DNA of 33,592 nucleotides from a virus (lineage: Duplodnaviria; Caudoviricetes). Below are positions 18,621 to 27,144 of the stretch, in pieces; within the stretch, counting starts at the first letter, position 1; each line of letters starts with the position of its first letter. The position numbers and the translations under genes were made by a program. The stretch covers positions 1 through 33,592 of the IMG/VR virus record IMGVR_UViG_3300032243_000765; one strand, 5' to 3'. The notes beneath the pieces were generated by a model that saw only the letters and a program-made list of their open reading frames with translations, was not told the DNA's origin and searched no databases.

Positions 18621-19554
18621 TGCAGGAATTTTTTACTTCAACAAACCAAAAGATGTCTTGTTTGATGATAATTGGGTTTTAGATTATAACAAGATTACCC
18701 GACTCAAACAACATAAGTTAGTCATTGCAGATTTCAGTCCTGATCACTATGGCGTGGATGGCCTTGATCATGTATACCACGCCTTGGATCAACAGCAAGT
18801 AAATTTTTTGCTGTTGTCGCATGATCCAAACGATCATCAACGTTTTGACCGAATGTGGTTTTATCCAACTTGGTACCACTGGGCCAGGAAAAATTTAAAA
18901 ACTAAAAATTCTCAATCATTGGACAAAACCTACAAGTGGAGTTGTTTGAATGCTAATCCAAGAAATCATCGAATATACAACTACTATTGTTTGTATCAAA
19001 AACCCTATTTCCGAGATGCATGCTTTACCTTTTACAATGGGGAAGTAACAAAAGCAGACGATGCGGTATTGGATGATGAAGTAATACAATTCTGGAACGA
19101 TATCAAACAAACGTTACCTCACAGTAGCACAATATTTTCAAACGGTTATCCAATAGCAGATTGTAATCTTCCTGCTTGTTATGATTCTTATATTCATCTG
19201 GTGGTAGAAACTACTGTGATTGAAAAAGTTTTTGTGACTGAAAAAACGTGGAAACCCATTGCCTCAGAACAACTTTTTTTAATTTTTGGAACGCCAGGCA
19301 CAATAAAATATCTCAGAAATCACGGAGTGGATGTATTCGACGATTTGATAGATCACAGTTATGACCACACACTAGATTGGAAATTGAGACTGCATCAAAT
19401 ACATCAGCAACTGGAATTATTGATTTCTCAAGATTTAAAAAAACTTTATGAAGTCACACATCAGAGACGCCAAGCGAATAGACAAAAATTTCTTTCAGGT
19501 GCATACGATCAACAAAATTTAGAACAACAAATCAACCTGTTGCTACAAATCTAA
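18610..19554 (+). CDS. Hypothetical protein, glycosyltransferase-like (paralog of 3161-4147)
   Basis: IHLVVET...FVTEKTWKPI...GVDVFDDLIDHSYD. Confidence 0.55.
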   Translation: MFDSAGIFYFNKPKDVLFDDNWVLDYNKITRLKQHKLVIADFSPDHYGVDGLDHVYHALDQQQVNFLLLSHDPNDHQRFDRMWFYPTWYHWARKNLKTKNSQSLDKTYKWSCLNANPRNHRIYNYYCLYQKPYFRDACFTFYNGEVTKADDAVLDDEVIQFWNDIKQTLPHSSTIFSNGYPIADCNLPACYDSYIHLVVETTVIEKVFVTEKTWKPIASEQLFLIFGTPGTIKYLRNHGVDVFDDLIDHSYDHTLDWKLRLHQIHQQLELLISQDLKKLYEVTHQRRQANRQKFLSGAYDQQNLEQQINLLLQI

Positions 19555-19573
19555 ATTGCGATTGCTCTTTACC

Positions 19574-19587
19574 TTAAATAAAACATG
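19574..19587 (+). promoter_or_regulatory. T4-late-like TAAATA motif directly before ATG
   Basis: TTAAATAAAACATG; a near-identical TTAAATAAAGCATG precedes ATG 27141. Confidence 0.4.
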
Positions 19588-20613
19588 TATCAACATGCTG
19601 AACTAGTACACTGGATGAAAAATCAAGAGTCAATGAAACTGTTACCTGCACAGGTTGACATAGATTTGACCAATGTTTGTAATCAAGATTGTTACTATTG
19701 CAACAGCGCAGATTTTCGCCGCGACCGACCAGTTCAAAAAAAGTACACAGAATACATTGCATTATTGGACAAACTGGCTGGTTGGAGAGCACACAGTCCC
19801 AACAGTTACGGAACAACACATACTATTACCTATCCTGGCGGAGGTGAGCCTACAGTATTACCTGGATACGAACATGTGATTGAACACACCATTGACCTGG
19901 GCTTCTTGGCCAGTATCACTACCAACGGCAGCAATCTAGACAAGTTATTGGACAGTATAGTGGTAGAAAAATTACGCAAGATTGCCTGGATCGGTATTGA
20001 TATTGATGCTGGTACTGAAGAATTGTACGAGCAAATTCGCCGCAGCCTCACAGCAAAAAGTTTGTTTGGCCGTGTGATTGAAAACGCCAAACATTTGATT
20101 GCCGCAGGAGTAAATGTTGACTTCAAGTGCTTGATCAACCCTCTCAACGACAACCCAGGTGCCATGAACGATTTGTTTGCATTGGTTAAAAAATTAGGTG
20201 GGCGTATGATTTATTTTCGCCCTGTAATTACCAATAATCAAGCCCATCCTATAACACAAGAAACTATTGCAATGTTGGCGAAACTAAGTCAAAAATACAA
20301 CATACCTTATTGGGCTAACCAAAATAAAACACTTCCGCGTAACTACAAGAAATGTCACCAAATGTTTCACTTTCCTGTTTTTTGTGCCGATGGCAAAATA
20401 TACGTGTGTTGTGAAGGCAAGGGCAACCCCCAATTTGAGTTGTGCAACTGGGACGCTGGTGACTTTAGAGATATGTGGCTAACTGAACGACATCACGAAA
20501 TATACAACAAGACCCGTGTGGAATTTTGTCAACCGTGCCGGCCAAATATCTCTAACATAAACATACAAAATATTTTGAATAATCCAAAAGAAATTGAGAC
20601 ATTGTACCTATGA
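19585..20613 (+). CDS. Radical SAM protein with a SPASM/twitch-like C-terminal domain
   Basis: CNQDCYYC, GGGEP, ITTNG; C-terminal KCHQ...ADGKIYVCC...CQPC. Confidence 0.88.
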   Translation: MYQHAELVHWMKNQESMKLLPAQVDIDLTNVCNQDCYYCNSADFRRDRPVQKKYTEYIALLDKLAGWRAHSPNSYGTTHTITYPGGGEPTVLPGYEHVIEHTIDLGFLASITTNGSNLDKLLDSIVVEKLRKIAWIGIDIDAGTEELYEQIRRSLTAKSLFGRVIENAKHLIAAGVNVDFKCLINPLNDNPGAMNDLFALVKKLGGRMIYFRPVITNNQAHPITQETIAMLAKLSQKYNIPYWANQNKTLPRNYKKCHQMFHFPVFCADGKIYVCCEGKGNPQFELCNWDAGDFRDMWLTERHHEIYNKTRVEFCQPCRPNISNINIQNILNNPKEIETLYL

Positions 20614-21290
20614 TTTATGCATTTGGTTCCTGCAATGTTCTACGCTGTAATACCACAGTCAAACATAGAGACACCAACAGTTGGGTCAAGATGTCTGCCG
20701 ACTTACTCAATGTTGATTATGTAAACCATGGACAAAAGGCTGTTGACAACAATTACATATACCATACTGTCATTTCCAATTTAGATCTGTTTACCCCTAC
20801 CGATATTGTACTGGTAGGATGGACTGACGCAAGCAGTCGATTGTTTGGTTCCACCAATGTTGATCAACACACCATTGATAATAGTTTAAAATTTACTGTG
20901 GGCGATCAAACTTGGATCAGGAGCACGGGCAAAAAAGATGGTGTATGGGATGGAAACTTTGACCATTGTCAGACCTTTGGCAGCGAATACTACGACACCT
21001 ACTTTCAACGATACTACAATGAATATATTGCAGAACTAGAATTGTTTCAAAAAATATCGAGCCTACACAGCATACTCAAAGACTGTGGTATCAAACATGT
21101 CTTTACCTCTAACAAAAATATAAGTTTCACATGGCATGACGACATCAATTGGTTCTATCCAGAACATCTTGGCATAGTAGAGTATACTAAACATGCTGAT
21201 TTAGGTATCAGCGATACCAACTGTCATTTGACCGATAACGGTCATGAGATTTTGGCAAACTTATTTGTAGATTACCTAAATGAATTATAA
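20610..21290 (+). CDS. SGNH-like hypothetical protein (degenerate block I)
   Basis: IYAFGSCN, VLVGWT and CHLTDNGHEILA parallel the other SGNH-like ORFs. Confidence 0.55.
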   Translation: MIYAFGSCNVLRCNTTVKHRDTNSWVKMSADLLNVDYVNHGQKAVDNNYIYHTVISNLDLFTPTDIVLVGWTDASSRLFGSTNVDQHTIDNSLKFTVGDQTWIRSTGKKDGVWDGNFDHCQTFGSEYYDTYFQRYYNEYIAELELFQKISSLHSILKDCGIKHVFTSNKNISFTWHDDINWFYPEHLGIVEYTKHADLGISDTNCHLTDNGHEILANLFVDYLNEL

Positions 21291-22080
21291 TACCAATCAA
21301 TGGACTATCTTTAATTACCCTAGCGGAGCCGGCGGCAAAGTTTTGGCCACATACTTTTCACAGTTTAAAAAAATGGCACATTGGTCTGCACAATCACTGA
21401 CCAAATCAGAATCAATCAAATGGTACATCGATTCTTTGCCAGGAAAAGATGAAACTTGGCCAGCAAAAGAAATAGATACGCCGTGGGCATTGCCCAATAT
21501 CAGTCGTGCATGGCCTCGAGGATCTGACACTACAGAAGCAGAATTTAATCAACTGGTGCCTGCAATCAAAAATGAATATTTTCATTGGGCATGGAAGCAA
21601 GGTTTAATAATACCAGATTTCTGGCACAAAACACAGCGCCCGGTATGGTGGAGCCAGGCCAACTGGATTGGAATTTATGTGGATGACATGGAATTATACA
21701 AAAAATTATTATTTTCTAAAATATTCGAATTCAAAGATAATACTGTGGCAGATCTTTGGCAACGTCCTGATTCAGGCAAACCGGACATGCGACAACGCAA
21801 AGCACAATTTAACAACCAATGGCGTTGGGAAAATGTCAGTAGTATAGATGAATTCTTTAAAACTACCATTTCTCAATTGCCGTGGTACACCTGTTGGGAT
21901 TTCAAAGCAGAACCCATCACTCCGTCGATCACTGTTACCGAACTGTTTGATCTTGACAAGGTATGCAATTTCCTGTTACATTTTGAAGAGCAGTACGAGC
22001 AGAAAATTGACAGAGATTTTGTTAAATCAATTCATCATGCCTGGGTCACTGCATCTTTATTAAAGATTGATTCACTATGA
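21280..22080 (+). CDS. Hypothetical protein, sulfotransferase/P-loop-like N-terminus
   Basis: NYPSGAGGKVL is similar to the N-termini of ORFs 4209 and 14900; Trp-rich. Confidence 0.5.
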   Translation: MNYNTNQWTIFNYPSGAGGKVLATYFSQFKKMAHWSAQSLTKSESIKWYIDSLPGKDETWPAKEIDTPWALPNISRAWPRGSDTTEAEFNQLVPAIKNEYFHWAWKQGLIIPDFWHKTQRPVWWSQANWIGIYVDDMELYKKLLFSKIFEFKDNTVADLWQRPDSGKPDMRQRKAQFNNQWRWENVSSIDEFFKTTISQLPWYTCWDFKAEPITPSITVTELFDLDKVCNFLLHFEEQYEQKIDRDFVKSIHHAWVTASLLKIDSL

Positions 22081-22439
22081 ATATCACATTTCCAATTATA
22101 GAACTAGTTGATAGACTGGCAATTGCCGAAGTAAAATCTCATCGCACCAATGGTGCCAATGGGGCTGAGTTAGCATATTACATGGATCAAGCATTAAAAG
22201 TTGATTTAGATTTGATAGTCAATGAATACCAAGCACTCAAAGAAATTCATAATAAAATTTGGGAACTAGAGTCTGAACTTAAAACAGGCCGTGAAGCAGA
22301 ACTTGCACTAGAGGAAATAGGTCGGCGGGCTATTATCATTAGAGATCACAATAACAAACGTATATTACTTAAAAATGCCATCGCAGAAAAATTAAGTTGC
22401 CCAGTACGGGAAATCAAACAGGATCATCTCAGTCAATAA
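22077..22439 (+). CDS. Coiled-coil hypothetical protein (DUF6165-like)
   Basis: The pattern ELVDRLAIAEVK...LKEIHNKIWELE...NNKRILLKNAI resembles DUF6165 proteins of glycosylation loci. Confidence 0.55.
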   Translation: MNITFPIIELVDRLAIAEVKSHRTNGANGAELAYYMDQALKVDLDLIVNEYQALKEIHNKIWELESELKTGREAELALEEIGRRAIIIRDHNNKRILLKNAIAEKLSCPVREIKQDHLSQ

Positions 22440-22453
22440 ACTATCAATCAAAG

Positions 22454-23068
22454 ATGATCAAACTAGAAGATTACTCAAATCCTTTCCAAGCCATATTTGA
22501 CTTTGAAACAGCAGTGGCCGAATTTACTGGTGCACCTTATTGTATCTCTACAGATTGTTGTACGCATGCAATCGAAATAGCATTTAGACTATCAGACTAT
22601 GACAAGGCTGTGACTTTTCCGGCCCACACATATCTCAGTGTGCCTATGACCATGCACAAGTTGGGTATTCCATATCATCTAATTGATACAAAATGGAAAG
22701 ACTATTATAAATTTGAAGGTAGTCGCGTGTGGGACTGTGCTCGTTATTTCAAACCGGATATGTATGTGGCAGGAAGCATACAATGCATCAGTTTTGGACG
22801 CAGTAAACCGTTAGAAATTGGTCAAGGTGGATGCTTACTAACTGACGATGCTGAACTGTATCGTAAGGCCAGCATGATGCGGTACGATGGTCGAGACCTG
22901 CGCATCAGCCCATGGATTGAACAAAAAGAATTTCAAGTGGGGTATCATTATTACATGCGGCCCGAAGAATGTGTCACCGGACTTAACTTGCTGGCAGAAA
23001 AAAAATTTACCACGCAACAAGATAAACATTTTGATTATCCTGATGTTAGCAGTGTATCCATTGAGTAA
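22454..23068 (+). CDS. Short DegT/DnrJ/EryC1/StrS-like PLP aminotransferase
   Basis: FETAVAEFTGAPY, DCCTHAI, PAHTYLSV and SFGRSKPLEIGQGGCLLTDD (PLP lysine). Start set at MIKLED; 204 aa. Confidence 0.75.
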   Translation: MIKLEDYSNPFQAIFDFETAVAEFTGAPYCISTDCCTHAIEIAFRLSDYDKAVTFPAHTYLSVPMTMHKLGIPYHLIDTKWKDYYKFEGSRVWDCARYFKPDMYVAGSIQCISFGRSKPLEIGQGGCLLTDDAELYRKASMMRYDGRDLRISPWIEQKEFQVGYHYYMRPEECVTGLNLLAEKKFTTQQDKHFDYPDVSSVSIE

Positions 23069-23079
23069 ACTCTGCACCT

Positions 23080-23682
23080 ATGAAAATATTATTATTAGGG
23101 GATAGTTTTGGGGCAGATTGGACTGTGAAATATCCAGACCAAGTGGGCTGGCCTAATCTGTTGTCAAATGAATATCCAGTGGATAACCAATGCCTGGCAG
23201 GTAGTAGTGAATTCCGAATTCAGACACAATTAATCAAACATCCATTGAATGATATCACGCACTGCATTGTGGTTCATACAAGTCCCTATCGATTGCCAGT
23301 GGAGCACAATCCATTGCACAAGGACGACTGCCTGCACCATTCTTGCGATTTTATATATAGTGATGTGGCAGAATCTGATAACTCTCAAGTCAACTGTGTT
23401 AAAGAATATTATGAAAAATATTTTTTTGATGAGTTCTTTTTGTACATACACAAGTTGATTGTCAGCGATATCAGTCGCATTCTCAAAGAAAAAAATATAC
23501 CTAGTTTGCACATCACATTCTTCGATAATGGTGATGAGCAAATTGACATCAACTACAATAAGTTGTTTGTTAAATCCACAGGAGTGATAAATCATTTGTC
23601 ATCAGAGGCCAACAAACAAGTATTTGATGATATAAAAAAATGGATCAACAATGTTGATGCTGTTTTACCTTTTATCAAATAA
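23080..23682 (+). CDS. SGNH/GDSL hydrolase-like protein
   Basis: LLGDSFG, AGSSE and NHLSSEAN. Confidence 0.65.
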   Translation: MKILLLGDSFGADWTVKYPDQVGWPNLLSNEYPVDNQCLAGSSEFRIQTQLIKHPLNDITHCIVVHTSPYRLPVEHNPLHKDDCLHHSCDFIYSDVAESDNSQVNCVKEYYEKYFFDEFFLYIHKLIVSDISRILKEKNIPSLHITFFDNGDEQIDINYNKLFVKSTGVINHLSSEANKQVFDDIKKWINNVDAVLPFIK

Positions 23683-23696
23683 GATAAAAATCTTTC

Positions 23697-23725
23697 TTGA
23701 CAACACGATCTAAATACTATACAAT
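23697..23725 (+). promoter_or_regulatory. Sigma70-type promoter of folE with a nested TAAATA motif
   Basis: TTGACA-N17-TACAAT, with TAAATA at 23711-23716 inside the spacer; SD GGAG before TTG 23765. Confidence 0.75.
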
Positions 23726-23764
23726 ACAACAAAGACATCCACGTCTTATAACTCGGAGAAAAAA

Positions 23765-24511
23765 TTGACAAACAAACAAGAAACAGCGTTGGACGCAATG
23801 TCCGGAGATGGCGGCTACGAAGAAGCATACTTAGGCGATGCGATCCGCTTCAAAATGAAACGTGACAAGAAACGTTTTTGGGCAGGTGACAATATCAGCG
23901 ACTATGTGACCGAAGAAGATAAAGCAAAACTAATTGATGAGGCAACCGAAGCATTTGAAACTGTGCTTGATCGACTGCTGATTGATCGTGACAACGACCC
24001 AAACAGTAAGGGCACAGCACGACGCCTTGCCAAGATGTATTTCAATGAAATAATGGCAGGTAGGTATGAACATTCACCAAACGCTACGGCTTTCCCAAAT
24101 GATACAGACGGTGCATACGAAGGTATGCTGGTTGTTCGGTCTGAACTCAAGAGCATGTGTAGCCACCATCACCAGCCTGTGTCGGGTGTGGCTTACATTG
24201 GAATCATTGCTGGCTCCAAACTTATTGGGCTCTCCAAGTACACCCGAATCGCGCAGTGGTGTGCCAGACGTGGAACCTTACAAGAAGAACTATGCATGGA
24301 TATTGCTCGAGAGATTGGAACTGCCACTGGGTCATCCGATGTGGCGGTTTATATACAGGCTACCCACGGATGTTGTGAGAATCGCGGTATTATGGCACAC
24401 AGTAGTCTCACACAAACTACAGTACTCCATGGAGCGTTCAAGACCGACCCCTCAGTGAAGAAAGAGTTTTTTGACAACATCAAACTGCAACAAGAGTTTG
24501 CACCAAGATGA
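23765..24511 (+). CDS. folE: GTP cyclohydrolase I
   Basis: SMCSHHHQP, IGLSKYTRI, LQEEL and HGCCENRG; TTG start with SD. Confidence 0.95.
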   Translation: MTNKQETALDAMSGDGGYEEAYLGDAIRFKMKRDKKRFWAGDNISDYVTEEDKAKLIDEATEAFETVLDRLLIDRDNDPNSKGTARRLAKMYFNEIMAGRYEHSPNATAFPNDTDGAYEGMLVVRSELKSMCSHHHQPVSGVAYIGIIAGSKLIGLSKYTRIAQWCARRGTLQEELCMDIAREIGTATGSSDVAVYIQATHGCCENRGIMAHSSLTQTTVLHGAFKTDPSVKKEFFDNIKLQQEFAPR

Positions 24512-24621
24512 TGGTAATCTCTAATCATGACAAATCCATCCAACTGCCTGTAGAGCCAGGCTTGTTGGAATGGTTACAACAACACTATCCCTATTCACAA
24601 TATCATCTGATCCAACTATGA
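24508..24621 (+). CDS. 37-aa small protein (not in the ORF track)
   Basis: MMVISNHDKSIQLPVEPGLLEWLQQHYPYSQYHLIQL; ATGA overlaps with folE at its start and with the HIT gene at its end. Confidence 0.6.
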   Translation: MMVISNHDKSIQLPVEPGLLEWLQQHYPYSQYHLIQL

Positions 24622-25019
24622 AATACCAAACACTAGAAGAAGCAAAAACAGCCGGAGTGGCACCTTGGGACCTTAAAGTAGACTCATTGTCAGACTTTCA
24701 TGTTACTGTGTTCCGAGATCGCTTTCCTGTAACCAACGGGCACTTGTTGTTTGTGCCCAACTACAACACGCCCGAAGTTATTCGTGATGCATTTTATAGT
24801 GCTCAACTGGCCGGCGACTCAATGATCCAACTTGGTGATTGTACTGCCTACAACATTGGTATCAATCAGGGTGCGGCTGCTGGACAGACTGTGATGTATC
24901 CACATGTGCATTTGATTCCTCGCAGAACAGGCGACTGTGAGGATCCTGTGGGTGGTGTGCGTGGTGTAATTCCTGCACAACAGAACTATAAAACTGGTGG
25001 CTACAAACAGCCTGCATAA
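24618..25019 (+). CDS. HIT family nucleotide hydrolase
   Basis: DRFPVTNGHLLFVP and NIGINQGAAAGQTVMYPHVHLIPR; start set at ATG 24618. Confidence 0.88.
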   Translation: MKYQTLEEAKTAGVAPWDLKVDSLSDFHVTVFRDRFPVTNGHLLFVPNYNTPEVIRDAFYSAQLAGDSMIQLGDCTAYNIGINQGAAAGQTVMYPHVHLIPRRTGDCEDPVGGVRGVIPAQQNYKTGGYKQPA

Positions 25020-25072
25020 ATATTCTTTTAAGCGGTCTTGACGTCACAAACTCCGCCACCTAGGGTATAGTT
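25017..25072 (+). repeat. Degenerate copy of the queD leader
   Basis: TAAATATTC...AGCGGTCTTGACGTCAC-AAACTCCGCCACCTAGGGTATAGTT aligns with 25788-25850, with an internal deletion of about 11 nt. Confidence 0.8.
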
Positions 25073-25088
25073 CACATACAAGGATAAC

Positions 25089-25790
25089 ATGGTAAATCAT
25101 TTGCAACTTAATCCATATAACGAAGAAATATGTAGAGAAGTTGTTGAATTTTTTAAGGAAAAAATCAAAAACAAATACGGAAAGTTTACAGTAAATGATT
25201 TCCGTAAATTTTATAAGTCTGACGATAATGCACATTCTTGCGAGACTCCTAGATACTCAGTGGTATTTGGACTTATTCCTTGTTCATCTTTTTATTATCT
25301 AAATAAATTATTAGAAATAGAACCATTGGAAATTGCAGACATTGGGTGTGGTATGAATTTTTTTAAAGACATAGTCCCTGGGATCACAGGCTTTGATGGG
25401 CACGGAAAATGGCGTGATATCAATGACGTATTTGATAATGACTTTATTACTGGGCATACAAATTTTTTTCAGTGTGCGTTTTCTATCGATGCGCTACATT
25501 TTGTTCCAATAACAAATTTTTATAAACGAGTATTAGATTTTGCAAACATCGTAAAATCTGGAGGAAGAGGATATCTTGCGATGAATGTGGCTCGGATGGT
25601 TGAACAAACAGATAAAAAAATTTTAAAAGAGTTGTTCAATACCGAAAATCCCAATAACAAGCAACTTTCAGATTATATAAATCAAAAAATTACGGTGTTG
25701 CCTTTAAATTTTTTAGTTATTGATAATTTAATTACAGAAATATACGATGAACCTATAGATGGAAATATTAGGTTAGTATTTGAAAAATAA
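25089..25790 (+). CDS. SAM-dependent methyltransferase-like protein
   Basis: IADIGCGMN, FSIDALHF and VKSGGRGYL; very AT-rich; SD AAGGA. Confidence 0.7.
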   Translation: MVNHLQLNPYNEEICREVVEFFKEKIKNKYGKFTVNDFRKFYKSDDNAHSCETPRYSVVFGLIPCSSFYYLNKLLEIEPLEIADIGCGMNFFKDIVPGITGFDGHGKWRDINDVFDNDFITGHTNFFQCAFSIDALHFVPITNFYKRVLDFANIVKSGGRGYLAMNVARMVEQTDKKILKELFNTENPNNKQLSDYINQKITVLPLNFLVIDNLITEIYDEPIDGNIRLVFEK

Positions 25791-25865
25791 ATATTCAGCG
25801 GTCTTGGCGTCACTCCCGCTTTACAAATTCTGCCGCCTATGCTATAATTAACATAGGAGAATACA
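25788..25865 (+). promoter_or_regulatory. queD leader: TAAATA motif, pseudoknot-like hairpin, sigma70 promoter and SD-sequestering hairpin
   Basis: Stem AGCGG(25797-801)/CCGCT(25816-20). TTTACA(25820-25)-N17-TATAAT(25843-48) with TG extension. Stem CCTATG(25836-41)/CATAGG(25852-57) overlaps SD AGGAGA. Confidence 0.7.
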
Positions 25866-26315
25866 ATGGCAAAATATTATTCAACCAAACATTACGGACA
25901 CAATATCGGCTTGAGCACGGTATTTAGACAGCCCAATGCAGATCATTCACATTGTCATTTGCTACACGGTTATAGTCTAGCGTTTACATTTACATTTGGG
26001 TGTGACGCACTAGACAACAAGAACTGGGCAGTAGACTTTGGCGGGCTCAAACCGCTCAAAGCATGGCTGGAAGATCACTTTGATCACAAGTTGGCCTTGG
26101 ATCGACAAGATCCACACTTGGCCAAATTCCAAGAACTTGAGGCCCTGGATCTAGTAGAGATCCGTATCTTCGATGGAGTGGGTGCAGAGAAGTTTGCCGA
26201 ACATGCTTTCGAGTTTGCTGATAAATTGGTACGAGAATCTAGCAATGGTCGTTGTTATTGTGTTCGAGTAGAATGCGCCGAACATGGCGCCAACTCGGCT
26301 ATCTATGAGGGGTAA
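25866..26315 (+). CDS. queD: 6-carboxy-5,6,7,8-tetrahydropterin synthase
   Basis: HCHLLHGYS, VDFGGLK, FDH and final ECAEHGANSAIY; strong SD. Confidence 0.88.
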   Translation: MAKYYSTKHYGHNIGLSTVFRQPNADHSHCHLLHGYSLAFTFTFGCDALDNKNWAVDFGGLKPLKAWLEDHFDHKLALDRQDPHLAKFQELEALDLVEIRIFDGVGAEKFAEHAFEFADKLVRESSNGRCYCVRVECAEHGANSAIYEG

Positions 26316-26316
26316 C

Positions 26317-27144
26317 ATGAACACAGACATATCAATCTTGTTGCCCACACGTGGTAGGTCAGACATGCTGATGCGTAGTCTCTCCAGCCTGCGTGATCTA
26401 GCCACTGATTTTTCTACTATTGAACTTGTACTAGGAATGGACAACAACGACTCTGTTGGGCTCGAATACCTTTTGCATCACATCATTCCTTGGATTGAGC
26501 AACACGACATAGCGCACAAGATTGTGATATTTGAGCCCATGGGCTATCACAATCTACATCGTTATCTAAATGGCCTGGCGAATCATTGCAAGGGTGGGTG
26601 GATGTTCTTCTGGAACGACGATGCCATAATGAAAACTCAAGGTTGGGACACCTACATACGTGCCAAGACCGGCGAGTTCAAACTGTTGAGTGTGATAACA
26701 CACAACGAACATCCTTATTCAATCTTTCCTATCATTCCCCGTGAGTGGTACGAAACACTGGGTCATATCAGTCAACACAGTCTCAATGATGCCTGGGTCA
26801 GTTGTATAGCATACGCCCTGGACATTTTTGAACGCTTGCCTGTCTATTGTGATCACGAACGTCATGATCTTACTGGCACCAACAATGATGCAACTTACCA
26901 ACAAAGAATCGTGTTAGAAGGTGACAAAACGAATCCCTTGGATTTCAACTATCCGGAAGTTGTGCAATTAAGGATGAATGATGCGGCCAAACTAGCACAA
27001 TGGTTACAAGATGTGAAGAATCAGGACATGAGTTTCTTTGCAGAATGCTGTGAAGGCACTCGAGATCCCTGGGTTAAGATGCGGGCTAACGACCCTAATC
27101 GCCAAGTAACAACCATGACCATAGAACGATTAAATAAAGCATGA
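26317..27144 (+). CDS. GT-A/GT2-like glycosyltransferase
   Basis: ISILLPTRGR and WMFFWNDDA (DxD-like); start set at ATG 26317. Confidence 0.75.
   Translation: MNTDISILLPTRGRSDMLMRSLSSLRDLATDFSTIELVLGMDNNDSVGLEYLLHHIIPWIEQHDIAHKIVIFEPMGYHNLHRYLNGLANHCKGGWMFFWNDDAIMKTQGWDTYIRAKTGEFKLLSVITHNEHPYSIFPIIPREWYETLGHISQHSLNDAWVSCIAYALDIFERLPVYCDHERHDLTGTNNDATYQQRIVLEGDKTNPLDFNYPEVVQLRMNDAAKLAQWLQDVKNQDMSFFAECCEGTRDPWVKMRANDPNRQVTTMTIERLNKA

Noticed and set aside
25050-25060. ACTCCGCCACC as a reverse-strand copy of the cassette repeat (CTTCCGCCACA)
   Set aside because: Only a partial match, and better explained by homology to the queD leader (TTCTGCCGCC).
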